From the NCBI GenBank assembly GCA_040388985.1, contig JAZKAU010000002.1, positions 420,114 to 484,113 on the forward strand: DNA of 64,000 nt. Direction: 5' to 3'. Every line of letters begins with the position of its first letter. Position 1 is the stretch's first letter. A model generated the notes under the pieces. That model was not told the origin of the DNA, searched no databases, and saw nothing but the letters and a program-made list of their open reading frames with translations. Both the position numbers and the translations under genes were made by a program. Shown piece by piece: positions 1 through 9,831 of this stretch. The stretch is from Patescibacteria group bacterium (GTDB lineage: Bacteria; Patescibacteriota; Minisyncoccia; Phycocordibacterales; Phycocordibacteraceae).

Positions 1-485
1 CCATGCTTTCGCTCGCTTCGCGCAGCTCCGCCTTCTACGTGGCGAATCAGCTTATCGCCGCCGGTATCGTTTCCAAGGACAAGCAAGGCAAGCTCATCCC
101 GGCTGCGGGGCTTTATGCGGCACCCTTGCTCGGCCATATCCGCGCCGGCTTCGCAGCGCCTGCAGAGGAGGAGCTGGCTGACACCATTACGGTGGGGGAG
201 TATCTGCTGCCGCGTCCGGACGCGAGTTACCTCCTCACGGTCGAGGGGGACTCGATGATAGACGCGGGCATACAGTCGGGCGATATGGTGGTCTTCGAGC
301 GCACGAGCGACGTGAAGGTCGGCGATATCGTAGTCGCGCTCACCGAGGACGGGTACACACTCAAGTACCTGCGGCGCAAGGCCGGACGGTTGTGCCTGGA
401 GGCGGCCAACGATGCCTATCCTGATATACATCCCCGCGAAGGCGAAATCGTGGGGAAAGTGGTGTCGACCTTTAGAACATACTAA
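1..485 (+). CDS. lexA: LexA repressor, C-terminal S24 peptidase domain (5' end outside window)
   Basis: Translation carries the S24 autocleavage region (AAGxP linker; 'VEGDSM' Ser motif; downstream Lys 'TLKYLRRK'). Architecture matches the LexA C-terminal half. A Y-family polymerase gene follows immediately. Confidence 0.8.
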   Translation, partial: MLSLASRSSAFYVANQLIAAGIVSKDKQGKLIPAAGLYAAPLLGHIRAGFAAPAEEELADTITVGEYLLPRPDASYLLTVEGDSMIDAGIQSGDMVVFERTSDVKVGDIVVALTEDGYTLKYLRRKAGRLCLEAANDAYPDIHPREGEIVGKVVSTFRTY

Positions 486-487
486 AA

Positions 488-640
488 GTCCCATCTGCTT
501 TGTTACTCATTCCGGTGCCTCGTCACGTACGCCCCTGTTTACTTACGAGTCATCGAGTTAGTAAACAGGAAGTGCCCTTGGGGCGCAGCCCATACGGCTC
601 CTTCGGCTCCTCACTCGCGCCTCGCATCTGAGAGCTTTTA
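488..640 (+). repeat. Intergenic repeat family 1, copy H (contains an extra internal palindrome)
   Basis: 'gtcccatctgctttgtt...cgtcacgtacgcccc...cgcgcctcgcatctgagagctttta' aligns to copy G. Carries an inserted 10-bp-arm palindrome, cctgtttact-N16-agtaaacagg. Confidence 0.7.
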
Positions 641-677
641 GAGATGTTCTAACCTGCTTAGTACGCGCATTTCGTCT

Positions 678-1970
678 ATGAAAGAATACCCAAGAGCTAT
701 CGTGCATTTTGATGCGGATTCATTCTTCGCCTCCGTCGAGCAGACGATGGACTATCGGCTACGCGGGAAGGCGGTGGTGACGGGCGGCGAGCGCGGTGCC
801 GCTACCTCGGTCTCGAAAGAGGGGAAGAGACTCGGTCTCTATCGGGGCATGACGCTGCGCGAGATGAAGCGGGTCTGCCCGGACGTCGTGGTTGTGTCAT
901 CCGACTACACGAGCTACTCGCTCTACGCGCGAAGGATGTATGCCATAGCGCGGCAGTTCACTCCACTTGTCGAGGAATACAGCATCGACGAATGCTTCGC
1001 GGACATCACGGGCCTAGAAGAGAAATTCGGTATGTCCTACGAAGAGATCGCCCAGGCCATACAGAAGAAGCTGCATGCGGATCTCGGCATCACCTTCGGC
1101 GTGGGACTAGGACCGAGCAAGACGCTCGCCAAGATCGCAAGCAAGCTGGGTAAGCCGGCAGGCTTCGCGGCTATACCTGCCGATCGCATTCCTGAATTCA
1201 TCAAAGACGTACCCATCGGGAATATCTGGGGCATGGGCTTCCGTACGAGCCTGTACCTTGAGAAGCGCGGCGTGCATACGGCGCTCGACTTCGCGCGCAA
1301 GGACGACGGGTGGCTCAAAGAGCACAAGATGAGCAAGCCATACCGGGACATATGGCTCGAACTGAATGGTGCCTTCGTAAGGTCGCTTAATCTCGGCACA
1401 GACGACTCGATGGGTTCCATCCTTCAGTCGAGGACCTTTAAGCCGACGACAGATCGAGCCAGCATCCTCTCCTCACTCGCCAAGAATATCGAAGGCGCGT
1501 GTACGAAGGCCAGGAGGCACAAAGTGAAAGGAAGCTCTTGCCGCTTCTACCTTAAGACTCAGGAATTTACGTATGCGGGAAAGAATCTGAGTATGTCGGT
1601 GCCTCTCTCAGATCCACGAGAGTTCCTGCGGCTCGTAGAGGAGTATTTCGATGATGTATACGTTCCGGGAACGCTCTATCGCGCGAGTGGATTCGGACTC
1701 TATGGCATAACGCCCGACCGGGCGGGCATGAGGGATCTGTTCGGGGACAGCATCCGCGTAGAGCACGCATCTTCGCTCCTGTCAGTCGTGGACTCTATGA
1801 ACCGCAAGTACGGAAAGCAGACGCTTCACCTGGGAGCGAGTCTCGGCGCGATCGTGCGCGAGAACGCCTCGGACACCGAGCGCCGTAAACGTTCGCGAGC
1901 GCATATCAAGCTTGATATCGATAACCGCAAGAAGACGATAAATATTCCGTATCTGGGCGTCGCTCATTGA
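678..1970 (+). CDS. dinB: Y-family DNA polymerase (DinB/UmuC-like, catalytic residues intact)
   Basis: N-terminal 'HFDADSFFASVEQ' and 'SIDECFADIT' acidic catalytic motifs are present. 430 aa. Lies immediately downstream of lexA, the classic SOS pairing. Confidence 0.8.
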   Translation: MKEYPRAIVHFDADSFFASVEQTMDYRLRGKAVVTGGERGAATSVSKEGKRLGLYRGMTLREMKRVCPDVVVVSSDYTSYSLYARRMYAIARQFTPLVEEYSIDECFADITGLEEKFGMSYEEIAQAIQKKLHADLGITFGVGLGPSKTLAKIASKLGKPAGFAAIPADRIPEFIKDVPIGNIWGMGFRTSLYLEKRGVHTALDFARKDDGWLKEHKMSKPYRDIWLELNGAFVRSLNLGTDDSMGSILQSRTFKPTTDRASILSSLAKNIEGACTKARRHKVKGSSCRFYLKTQEFTYAGKNLSMSVPLSDPREFLRLVEEYFDDVYVPGTLYRASGFGLYGITPDRAGMRDLFGDSIRVEHASSLLSVVDSMNRKYGKQTLHLGASLGAIVRENASDTERRKRSRAHIKLDIDNRKKTINIPYLGVAH

Positions 1971-2124
1971 AATATGCAAAGGCTCGACCTTTGGCTTCCT
2001 AAACAAGAACAGGAGTACGAGATTTCTCGTTCTAATAAATAATTATGACTAGTCTTACGCACAATCACCTTAAGAAAGTAAAGGTCTGAAACTATACCCA
2101 GTCTTAGCTACTCAGTTAACTGAT

Positions 2125-2157
2125 CAGGCGTCGCGTTCCAGTGGAACGCGACGCCTG
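2125..2157. terminator. Bidirectional hairpin terminator (perfect 16-bp stem) between dinB and a convergent gene
   Basis: caggcgtcgcgttcca-g-tggaacgcgacgcctg sits between the convergent gene ends. Confidence 0.5.
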
Positions 2158-2179
2158 TGCGAATTTTGTCGCTCTCGGC

Positions 2180-2743
2180 TCAGCCGAGCCTTTCAATCCC
2201 TTCGAACCCGCCTGGAGGGTTTGTGCCACAATAGCCCCCGCCGAAGCTGCCGTCATCCGGGTGAAACCCGAAGACAATCCGATGGTTAGGCCCGCCCTTG
2301 CCAGTGCCGTAGAAGGCGATCTGAGCGTTCACGCTGGAATCGTGGCTGTCCACGATGAAGGTCGCGACGCGCACAGCCTTCGAGAAGCCGTGCTGGACGT
2401 TCTCGAACCAGACGAAGCCCGTGTGCAGGAACTCCTCCATGTGAGTAGGAGGACTTTCTCCCGTCCAGGGTCGTGGCACGAGATACGCGCAATACATCCG
2501 GGACGCGAACGTGAGCAATAACTCGAAATGCGGCATTGCCCGCTTTTCGTCGCTGACGTTCTTGTGAATGAGCGTTGTGAACTTGAGAGCACCTTTCACC
2601 GCGATTCTCCTTTTAAAAGATGGCTCGCTATGGCCGTATACCAGTTTCAAGCTGGAATAATGAACTATATAATCTAATAGCATCCGCGTCAAATTCATAG
2701 GTAGGAAATCCAAGGCAGACCGCCTCGAGGACTCGAGATACAA
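2180..2743 (-). CDS. Hypothetical protein; Cys..His(W)..Asp spacing loosely reminiscent of a transglutaminase/papain-fold peptidase (speculative); start uncertain
   Basis: Long minus-strand ORF in a GC-rich block flanked by AT-rich DNA. The downstream terminator hairpin fits this gene. The first ATG lies in AT-rich sequence; an alternative ATG is at 2536. Confidence 0.4.
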   Translation of the reverse strand: MYLESSRRSALDFLPMNLTRMLLDYIVHYSSLKLVYGHSEPSFKRRIAVKGALKFTTLIHKNVSDEKRAMPHFELLLTFASRMYCAYLVPRPWTGESPPTHMEEFLHTGFVWFENVQHGFSKAVRVATFIVDSHDSSVNAQIAFYGTGKGGPNHRIVFGFHPDDGSFGGGYCGTNPPGGFEGIERLG

Positions 2744-2772
2744 GGTAGGTTTTTAGTAACACCACTATAGAT

Positions 2773-4017
2773 TTAATGAACACGGCCACGTTCATGGAAG
2801 GTTATGAAGAAGACGCCGGCAATGCCGATGATGCCTGCGGCGAAGAGGATAGGGGTCGTGGGCGCGAATATGGCAGCGACGGCGCCCGCGAAAAGGGGAG
2901 GGATAGACTGCGCAAGCGACTGGATGCTCGAGTTTATGCCGAGCACGCTTCCTTGCTCGTCATCATCGGAGCCTGCGCTCACGAGTCCGGTAAGGTTCGC
3001 GCCGATGAGGCCGCAGCAAATGGCGACCGGAACGGTGAGGATGTAGAGCTGTATGGTATCGGTCACGAAGTACAGGCCGGTAAGCGAAGCGCTCATGATA
3101 AGAAGTCCTCCTGCAGCGATGGCATGCGGAGTGAATCTCTTCGATAGGGGTCCGGTCACCGCTACTTGCGTTATGGCGAGCAGAGCGCCCACGAAGGCGA
3201 AGATATATCCGATATCACCCTGCTCGAAATTGAATTTCGCCACGAGGTATACGCCGAAGAAGGTGATGATGAAGGCGAAGCCGCTCTGGAAGAGGAAGGC
3301 GGTAGCGTAGAGCGCGCGATGACCGTGCGAGACGAGTGCTTCTCGTATGTTCTGGAATCCTTGCCAGGCTCGGATGTACTCCTTGGTCTTTGTCTTGAGG
3401 GTCTCCGGCAAGAGAAAGATCACGAAGAGCATGTTAATGATGGAAAGTCCGGCAGCGAGCCAGAAGGGAGTTGGAGCGCCGAAGAACCATGCTACATGCG
3501 GGTCGGACAAGAAGGCGCCGAGCAGCGGACCGATGATGAACCCGATGCCGTTTGCGGCACCGAGCAGGCCGAAGCTGCGCACGCGCCGCGAGGCAGGCGT
3601 AGAATCCGCGATCGCAGCTTGCGCCACCGCCGTATTGCCGCCCGTAAGGCCGTCAATCAGGCGAGCAATAAAAAGAAGTGGGATGCTGCGCACGAGTATG
3701 CCGATAGCGAACAGGATATAGGCGATACCGGTGCCTAGCAGCGAGAGCGCGAGTATGGGTTTGCGACCGAAGGTATCGGAAAGCTGCCCGAGGATGGGTG
3801 TCGCAATGAACATCGCGAAGGGATAGAGCGCGGTGAGCGCGCCGAGCAGGAGGTAGCCGGTGTGCGCGTCTATGGGCAAGTGATACGGATAGGCCGGATC
3901 AGCGAACAAGAGCGGAATGACGGGTATGAGGATGCCCACGCCCAGCATGTCCACCAGCACGATGGCGAAGACGACCCACAGCACCTTTCTCTCGGTAGAC
4001 TCTGCGGACGTTGCCAT
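2773..4017 (-). CDS. MFS transporter (drug:H+ antiporter-like)
   Basis: About 12 predicted TM helices. MFS signature 'SDTFGRKPIL' is in loop 2-3. Last gene of the efflux operon. Confidence 0.8.
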   Translation of the reverse strand: MATSAESTERKVLWVVFAIVLVDMLGVGILIPVIPLLFADPAYPYHLPIDAHTGYLLLGALTALYPFAMFIATPILGQLSDTFGRKPILALSLLGTGIAYILFAIGILVRSIPLLFIARLIDGLTGGNTAVAQAAIADSTPASRRVRSFGLLGAANGIGFIIGPLLGAFLSDPHVAWFFGAPTPFWLAAGLSIINMLFVIFLLPETLKTKTKEYIRAWQGFQNIREALVSHGHRALYATAFLFQSGFAFIITFFGVYLVAKFNFEQGDIGYIFAFVGALLAITQVAVTGPLSKRFTPHAIAAGGLLIMSASLTGLYFVTDTIQLYILTVPVAICCGLIGANLTGLVSAGSDDDEQGSVLGINSSIQSLAQSIPPLFAGAVAAIFAPTTPILFAAGIIGIAGVFFITFHERGRVH

Positions 4018-4058
4018 AGTTGCTCAAAGTATACGATGTCTTCGCACGCATCGCGCAG

Positions 4059-7000
4059 TTATCCTACGCTATCTTTAGTGTACTGTGCGCGTATCTTTTT
4101 CCCTGGCCATCGGAAATACAGCATCGGAATAAGAACGAGGGTGAGGAGGAGCGAGAAGGCGAGACCGGACATGATGGCGAAGGCCAGCGGCGCCCAGAAG
4201 GCGGAGGCCAAGGTGAGCGGCACCATGCCGATGACGGTCACGATCGTCGTAAGCAGTATCGGACGCAGACGTGTGCTCGCCGCTTCGACGACGACTTCTT
4301 CGAGGCTGTAGTCAGCATGCTCCCGGTGAATGCGCGCGACGGAGTCCATGAGGATGATAGCGTGATTGATGATGACACCGGCTAGCGCGATGACGCCCAG
4401 CATGGAGGTCAGCGATAGCGGCTGACCTACGAGCGTAAGGCCGGCGAAGACTCCCACCAAAGAAAGCGGAATTATCAAGAGAAGGTAGAACGACTGGCGG
4501 AAGGAGTTGAATTCGAGGACGAGTATGGCGAGCATGAGCGCAGCGCCCGCGATGAGCGCGACGAAGAGCTGCGTGAAGGAGTCCGACACGTCTTCGGATG
4601 CTCCACCGACTTTCATGGTTACCCCTTTGCCGAGCATGTCGGGGGTGAAGCGCTTCTGGAACTCATTGCTAATCTGAATGGCATTCGCACTCGCTGCGAT
4701 ATCGGCAGTCACGGTCGAGATGCGGTTACCAGCTTCGTGGGAAATGGATGTCTGAGCTGGCTCATACGTGATGGTCGCGATACTCGAAAGCGGGACCGGA
4801 CCCGCGCTTCCCGGCACGGTAAGCGCCCGTACGGCGTCGATAGAGACGTCCGTCGTCTCGCTCGGATCCTTGTAGTTGGGGTTGAGGTTCAGCTTCGTGC
4901 GCACTTCGATATCGTCCTTGCCGGTGCGTATAGACGTAGCCTTGGTGCTGAAGAGCGCCGTGCGCAGCGTATCGGAGACGACGACAGGGGAGACACCGAG
5001 CTCGCTTGCTCGGCTCGGGTCAAGCGCGACTACGAACTCGCTGCTCGCATTCTTGGTGTCGGTGTTGACCGTGACGACGCCGGGAATGTCGTTCAATACG
5101 CGCGCGGCAGCGTCAGCGCTCCCCGAAAGCTCGCCGAGATCCTCGCCGGTGAAGGTGAGGGTGACGGGGGCCGCCGCAGGCGGCCCTCCCGCAGGCTCGC
5201 CTACGGTCACGGTAGCTGACGTGATAGGCGCGAGCTCCTTGCGCAGTTCTTCTACGAAGGCAGCGCTCGTCTCCTTGTGGCCTTTAGGAAGGTTGACCGT
5301 GATGTTCCCGATATTGCCGCCTCCCGCGCCCCCGCCGAACCCGCTTCCCGCGAACGACGAGCCAGAGCCCGTCTCGCTCACGAAGGAGGCTACGTGCGGA
5401 TTAGCGTATAGCACCTCCTCTACCTCGCGCATGGAAAGATCCGTGCCGCCGAGGTCGGTGCCTTGCGGCTTCTCGATCTGCACGTAGACGAAGTCGCTAT
5501 CGTCTGACGGGAAGAAGATCGACTTGAGCAGACCGGTCGCGGGAAGCGCGAGCGCTAGCACGAAGAGCAGGGCCATGGCGACGAGGAACCGATTCTGATT
5601 CTTTCTGTTCGCGAGGAATCGGTGCAGGAAGCCCTGATACCAGGTCTTAGCTGCCTGGTTATAGCGTTCCTGGCGCATCTCGAGCTTCCCATGGGTCGGG
5701 TGTACGAAATAGACGGCAAGCAGCGGAACGATGCCGAGCGCTACGAAGATGCTCGCGAGCAGGACGAAGATGACCGTGAACGGGATGCTTGCGAGGAACT
5801 TGCCGATGATGCCTGAGAGGAAGAAGAGCGGCACGAAGACGGCGATAGTGGTGAAAGTCCCGGCGAAGAGCGGCCAGGCATATTCCCGTATGGCCGCGAC
5901 GGCTGCCTCGTCCTTATTCCCGGTCTTTATAAGCCGGGTATGGAAGGCCTCGACCACGACGATGCCGGAGTCCACCAATATACCGATGGCAAGGATGAGG
6001 GAGAAAAGCGAAACATTATTGAGCGTGTTCCCGAAGGCGACCATGCCGATGAAGGCGATAAGGAAGGAAAGGGGGATGGAGGCCGCTGCGACTAGGGATT
6101 CGCGTAGGCCAAGCGTGAAGTACAGGACGATCATCACGAGGATGACGGTCTCGATACCCGCGCGCGTAAGCTCGACGAGGCTCTTGTTCACTTCCTGCGC
6201 GCCGTCGTAGGAGATGACGGTATTGGTGCCCGCAAGGATGCCGGTCTGAAGTTCCTTGAGCTTATTCTCAACTGCCTGGCCGGTGCGTACGATGTTGCCA
6301 CCGCGGCTCTTGAATACCGTAAGGGTGAGTGATGGCTGCGCTGGGGCGCCCGCGACTGAGACGCGCGAATACGTACTCGGGTCTTCAAGCCCGTCGACCA
6401 CGTCCGCCACGTCGCGCACATGGATGCTGCTACCTGCGGCCGAAGGAATGACGACATCCGCTACCTGATCGGTAGTGGTGACGGCTGATTCGAAGCGCAC
6501 CGCATACCGTACGCCATCTACCGTGATGTTGCCTGCAGGGGAGGCGACACCGGCAGCGCGGATGGCGTTAGTGACGTCCGATAGCGAGAGGTTGTACTGG
6601 CGCAAACTTTCCTGGCGGGCGATGACCTGCACCTGGCGCGCGCGTATGCCCGAGATGCTTACCTTCGAGACACCTGGCACACGCTTCACTTCATCGCTCA
6701 CTTGCTCGCTGAGCGCGGTCAGCTCTCCGGCAGCAAGGTTTCCGGATACGGAAATGATGAGAATAGGCTGGTCAGCGAAATTGACGTCCGAGACGGTGGG
6801 AGCGGTCGCTTCCGTAGGCAGATCGGGCCGTACTTTGTCGACGGCATCCTTGAGAAGTTGTATGGATTTATCGATGTTGGCAGAAGAATCGAATTCGACC
6901 GAGACTGAGGAGATGCCTGCGCCAGAGCTCGAAGTAACTTTCGAGACATGCTCGACGCCGAGCACGCCACTCTCGATCTTGTCGGTTACGAGGCGTTCGA

Positions 7001-7178
7001 CATCGCTTGCCGAGGCTCCGGGAAGCGCCGTCGTGACGATACCAAGCGGTATGGAAATATCCGGACTCGCTTCCTTAGGAATGCTAGCGACTGCATAGAA
7101 GCCCGCGATAAGCAGGACGATAACGAGGAATATCGTAAAGCTGCGCTTGCGAAGGAAGAAACTCCAGAAGGACGTCAT
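4059..7178 (-). CDS. RND superfamily efflux permease (AcrB/HAE-type)
   Basis: 1039 aa with two large periplasmic loops and 12 TM helices. AcrB-like N-terminus. Sits directly downstream of the MFP gene. Confidence 0.85.
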   Translation of the reverse strand: MTSFWSFFLRKRSFTIFLVIVLLIAGFYAVASIPKEASPDISIPLGIVTTALPGASASDVERLVTDKIESGVLGVEHVSKVTSSSGAGISSVSVEFDSSANIDKSIQLLKDAVDKVRPDLPTEATAPTVSDVNFADQPILIISVSGNLAAGELTALSEQVSDEVKRVPGVSKVSISGIRARQVQVIARQESLRQYNLSLSDVTNAIRAAGVASPAGNITVDGVRYAVRFESAVTTTDQVADVVIPSAAGSSIHVRDVADVVDGLEDPSTYSRVSVAGAPAQPSLTLTVFKSRGGNIVRTGQAVENKLKELQTGILAGTNTVISYDGAQEVNKSLVELTRAGIETVILVMIVLYFTLGLRESLVAAASIPLSFLIAFIGMVAFGNTLNNVSLFSLILAIGILVDSGIVVVEAFHTRLIKTGNKDEAAVAAIREYAWPLFAGTFTTIAVFVPLFFLSGIIGKFLASIPFTVIFVLLASIFVALGIVPLLAVYFVHPTHGKLEMRQERYNQAAKTWYQGFLHRFLANRKNQNRFLVAMALLFVLALALPATGLLKSIFFPSDDSDFVYVQIEKPQGTDLGGTDLSMREVEEVLYANPHVASFVSETGSGSSFAGSGFGGGAGGGNIGNITVNLPKGHKETSAAFVEELRKELAPITSATVTVGEPAGGPPAAAPVTLTFTGEDLGELSGSADAAARVLNDIPGVVTVNTDTKNASSEFVVALDPSRASELGVSPVVVSDTLRTALFSTKATSIRTGKDDIEVRTKLNLNPNYKDPSETTDVSIDAVRALTVPGSAGPVPLSSIATITYEPAQTSISHEAGNRISTVTADIAASANAIQISNEFQKRFTPDMLGKGVTMKVGGASEDVSDSFTQLFVALIAGAALMLAILVLEFNSFRQSFYLLLIIPLSLVGVFAGLTLVGQPLSLTSMLGVIALAGVIINHAIILMDSVARIHREHADYSLEEVVVEAASTRLRPILLTTIVTVIGMVPLTLASAFWAPLAFAIMSGLAFSLLLTLVLIPMLYFRWPGKKIRAQYTKDSVG

Positions 7179-7203
7179 GGTATGGGTGAGGCAGGGGGCC
7201 CTG

Positions 7204-8781
7204 CTACGAGTCGGTGGCGACGTTCACTTTCTGTCCCTCGGACAGGCCACGCACGTCGGTGACGATGCGCATATCGCCCGTGAGTCCCGTGAGTACTTCG
7301 ATGCGATCGCCACGTACCTCGCCGATGGTAACCGGATGCGCGACCAGACGTCCGTCACTCCCTACCGTGAAGACCGAGCGGGAGTTAGCCATGAGCTTTA
7401 CGGCAGTCAGTGGGATGAGTTGCACGGAGGATGTTGCGACAGGGGCGACTGCCGCTGCTGGTGCGCTATTGGGAAGCGTAATACGTACCGACTGGCCGTT
7501 CGTAAGCGCTGGCGTTCCCGAAGGCGCGCTCGCCGTATCAACCGCTATATCGACCTCTATCTGCTTCGTCGTCGGATCAAGGGCGGGAGCGACGGTAGTG
7601 ATGATGCCCGTATAGCCGCCTTCGACCTGTACCTTCATGCCAGCGGTAAGGTTCTGGCGATCGGATTCGGAGACGTACGCCACAATCTCGAGCGCGCCGT
7701 TCTGGGCCACGGTCGCCACGTGCGTGAAGGCCGTCACGTAGTCGCCCACATGCACCGATAGGAAGTTAACCGTTCCGCCGATGGTCGCGCGGATACGGGT
7801 CTTCTCTAAGTTGGCCTGCGCGCCACGCAGCACGCCGAGCGCCTGCTTCACGCTTGCGTCCGCGCTTGCGGTCGCTCCGACCGTGCCGGTACGAAGGCTT
7901 CCCTTGGCTGCAGCCAGTTTCGCAAGCGTAGCGTCAATGTTCGCTCGTGCACTGGCGAGCGCGGCGATCTGTTCGGGAGTGGCGCGGGAATCGCGGTCGT
8001 TTGCTGCTGCCGAGAGTTCGAGGAGGAATTCAGAGACTGCCTGGGTGTCGGTAGTGGCCTGGGCAAGCAGGGTAGCGGGATCGGCACTTGCGGCGCTCCC
8101 AAGCTTCTGCTGCCACGCTATGATGCGCTTACCGAGCGCATCGCGCTTGCGATCGAGGTCCTTACTCGGCCCTTGATTGATGAGCAGGCGCGGCCCCGTA
8201 GCGGTCGGTCCGCCGAAGAACTGGTCGATGTCGTTCTCAAGTATGGTATCGACCGTCGTGTATGCGGCTGCGTACGTATCGGCAGCCGAGGCTCGGGTAT
8301 CGGGAAGCGACTGCGCGCTGCGCGCTGCGATAGCGGCGTCATAGGCGCCTTCTGCCTGCAGCACTTGCGCCGCTTCGCTTGCGTTATCGAGTTCAGCGAT
8401 GACGGCGCCTGCGGATACGGAGGCGCCGAGCTTCGTATTCACGCTCCTCACCGTGCCGCCTGTCTGCGCGAGCAGATCCGCCTCGGTCACTGAGCGCACC
8501 GAGCCGAGTATCGAGACGCCGTCGCCGTTTCCAGAGAGAGAGGAGACGCTCGCGAGGGTCACGGTGCGCTCCTGCGGGCTCGCATCGGTGGCCTTTCCGC
8601 CGTGCGCAAGCGCAAAACCTGCGACGAGGAGAATAGCGACGAGAATGGCTATGGCCCACTGTAGCCATCGCTTGAGGCCCCGATACTTCTTCCACAAGGA
8701 AGAGAGGCGGGTTGTGATACCTATATAGAGGGAACGGAAGAAATTGCGCAGAGAAGTCATGAGACCTTGTTTATACAGCAT
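7204..8781 (-). CDS. Efflux RND periplasmic adaptor (membrane fusion protein, HlyD/AcrA family) with long coiled-coil
   Basis: N-terminal TM, long Ala/Gln-rich coiled coil, C-terminal beta-barrel/lipoyl-like motifs. First gene of the MFP-RND-MFS operon. Confidence 0.75.
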   Translation of the reverse strand: MLYKQGLMTSLRNFFRSLYIGITTRLSSLWKKYRGLKRWLQWAIAILVAILLVAGFALAHGGKATDASPQERTVTLASVSSLSGNGDGVSILGSVRSVTEADLLAQTGGTVRSVNTKLGASVSAGAVIAELDNASEAAQVLQAEGAYDAAIAARSAQSLPDTRASAADTYAAAYTTVDTILENDIDQFFGGPTATGPRLLINQGPSKDLDRKRDALGKRIIAWQQKLGSAASADPATLLAQATTDTQAVSEFLLELSAAANDRDSRATPEQIAALASARANIDATLAKLAAAKGSLRTGTVGATASADASVKQALGVLRGAQANLEKTRIRATIGGTVNFLSVHVGDYVTAFTHVATVAQNGALEIVAYVSESDRQNLTAGMKVQVEGGYTGIITTVAPALDPTTKQIEVDIAVDTASAPSGTPALTNGQSVRITLPNSAPAAAVAPVATSSVQLIPLTAVKLMANSRSVFTVGSDGRLVAHPVTIGEVRGDRIEVLTGLTGDMRIVTDVRGLSEGQKVNVATDS

Positions 8782-8884
8782 AATTTAAGCTGAGTCAAAA
8801 GATGTGCTGGGTGTTTCTTCTATACCAAGGGTCTGGATAGGGGTACGCACATGGCTGCGTCATGACCCCTTCACCTTAGGCTGG

Positions 8885-8890
8885 TATACT
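8885..8890 (+). promoter_or_regulatory. Extended -10 element (TGGTATACT) 6 nt before the ATG, which would give a leaderless transcript
   Basis: 'ctggtatacttcaccaATG'. The same TGgTATAMT box precedes rnpB and several other genes in the window. Confidence 0.4.
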
Positions 8891-8896
8891 TCACCA

Positions 8897-9772
8897 ATGA
8901 AAAAGACCTACACCATCATAGTGATCGTACTCGTGCTACTCATGCTCGCCGGTATATATGTCGTTTCGCACTACCGCGCAACGCCTCCTATACCCGCCCC
9001 GACCACGAGCGTCACTTATGCTTGTAACGACAATAAGACGATACAGGCCGGGTTTACGGACACGGATGCGGTACTTACGCTTTCTGATGGCCGCACGGTT
9101 ACGCTCCCGCACGTCATGTCAGGCTCCGGCATCCGCTATGAAGCGAACGGCATCGTGCTAGTGGGAAAGGGAGACAACGCCTTCCTCGAAGAGAATGGCA
9201 CGCAAACCTACGTGGATTGTATCGCCAATAGCAGTGCGGACGCACCCACTACCGGCGACGCCACACAATTTATGGATTCGGGAAAGACTTTCTCCTTCAG
9301 CTATCCGAAGGCGTTTACGCTCTCAGGCGGCGACCTAGGGTACACGCAGTCATGGATGGAGAACGCGACAACGAGCGGTCTCGTGCTTGCCAAAGTCACC
9401 CTTCCTAAATCCTTCCAGCCGAGCACGAACTTCAGCGAAGCAGTATTCACGGTCGGCACGAGTCCTGATCCGACCGCAGTCGCTACCTGCCTCACCTACA
9501 ATCCGTCGGGAGGTCCCGCTACGTCTTCGTCTTCTGAAACTATCAACGGCACGACCTATACGGTCTTGCATTCGAGCGACGCAGGAGCCGGAAACCTCTA
9601 CGAGACGACGAGCTATCGCACGATACGTAATAGCCAGTGCTATGCCATCGAATACACCATCCATTCGACTAACATCGGAAATTATTCTCCTGACCAGGGC
9701 ATAACCGCCTTCGATCGCGATTCGGTCGAAGGAGCGCTCAAGGGTATCGTGCAGAGCTTCAAATTCCTCTAG
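8897..9772 (+). CDS. Membrane-anchored protein with an MliC-like (lysozyme-inhibitor fold) N-terminal domain
   Basis: 'MKKTYTIIVIVLVLLMLAGIYV' signal/anchor. 'C..SGSGIRYEANGIVLVGKGDNAFLEENG...C' matches the MliC pattern (two Cys, SxSGxRY, KGDxA). Confidence 0.55.
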   Translation: MKKTYTIIVIVLVLLMLAGIYVVSHYRATPPIPAPTTSVTYACNDNKTIQAGFTDTDAVLTLSDGRTVTLPHVMSGSGIRYEANGIVLVGKGDNAFLEENGTQTYVDCIANSSADAPTTGDATQFMDSGKTFSFSYPKAFTLSGGDLGYTQSWMENATTSGLVLAKVTLPKSFQPSTNFSEAVFTVGTSPDPTAVATCLTYNPSGGPATSSSSETINGTTYTVLHSSDAGAGNLYETTSYRTIRNSQCYAIEYTIHSTNIGNYSPDQGITAFDRDSVEGALKGIVQSFKFL

Positions 9773-9782
9773 GCAGTTACGA

Positions 9783-9827
9783 GTAGTGGCAATGCCCGAC
9801 ATCCGATGTCGGGCATTGCCACTACTG
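9783..9827 (+). terminator. Strong hairpin (about 21-bp perfect stem) after the MliC-like gene
   Basis: agtagtggcaatgcccgacatc / gatgtcgggcattgccactact. Confidence 0.55.
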
Positions 9828-9831
9828 CTCT

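Noticed and set aside
534-569. Possible LexA/SOS box: palindrome cctgtttact-N16-agtaaacagg between lexA and dinB
   Set aside because: The spacing (CTGT-N26-ACAG) fits no known LexA box class, and the palindrome sits inside a copy of repeat family 1. It is more likely part of that element than an operator.
2776-8700. Many 60-200-aa ORFs on the + strand inside the efflux genes (e.g. 3166-3738, 4876-5487, 6475-7098)
   Set aside because: They are antisense to long, well-supported minus-strand genes. They have Ala/Arg/Ser-rich composition typical of GC-rich antisense frames and no RBS or domain signal.
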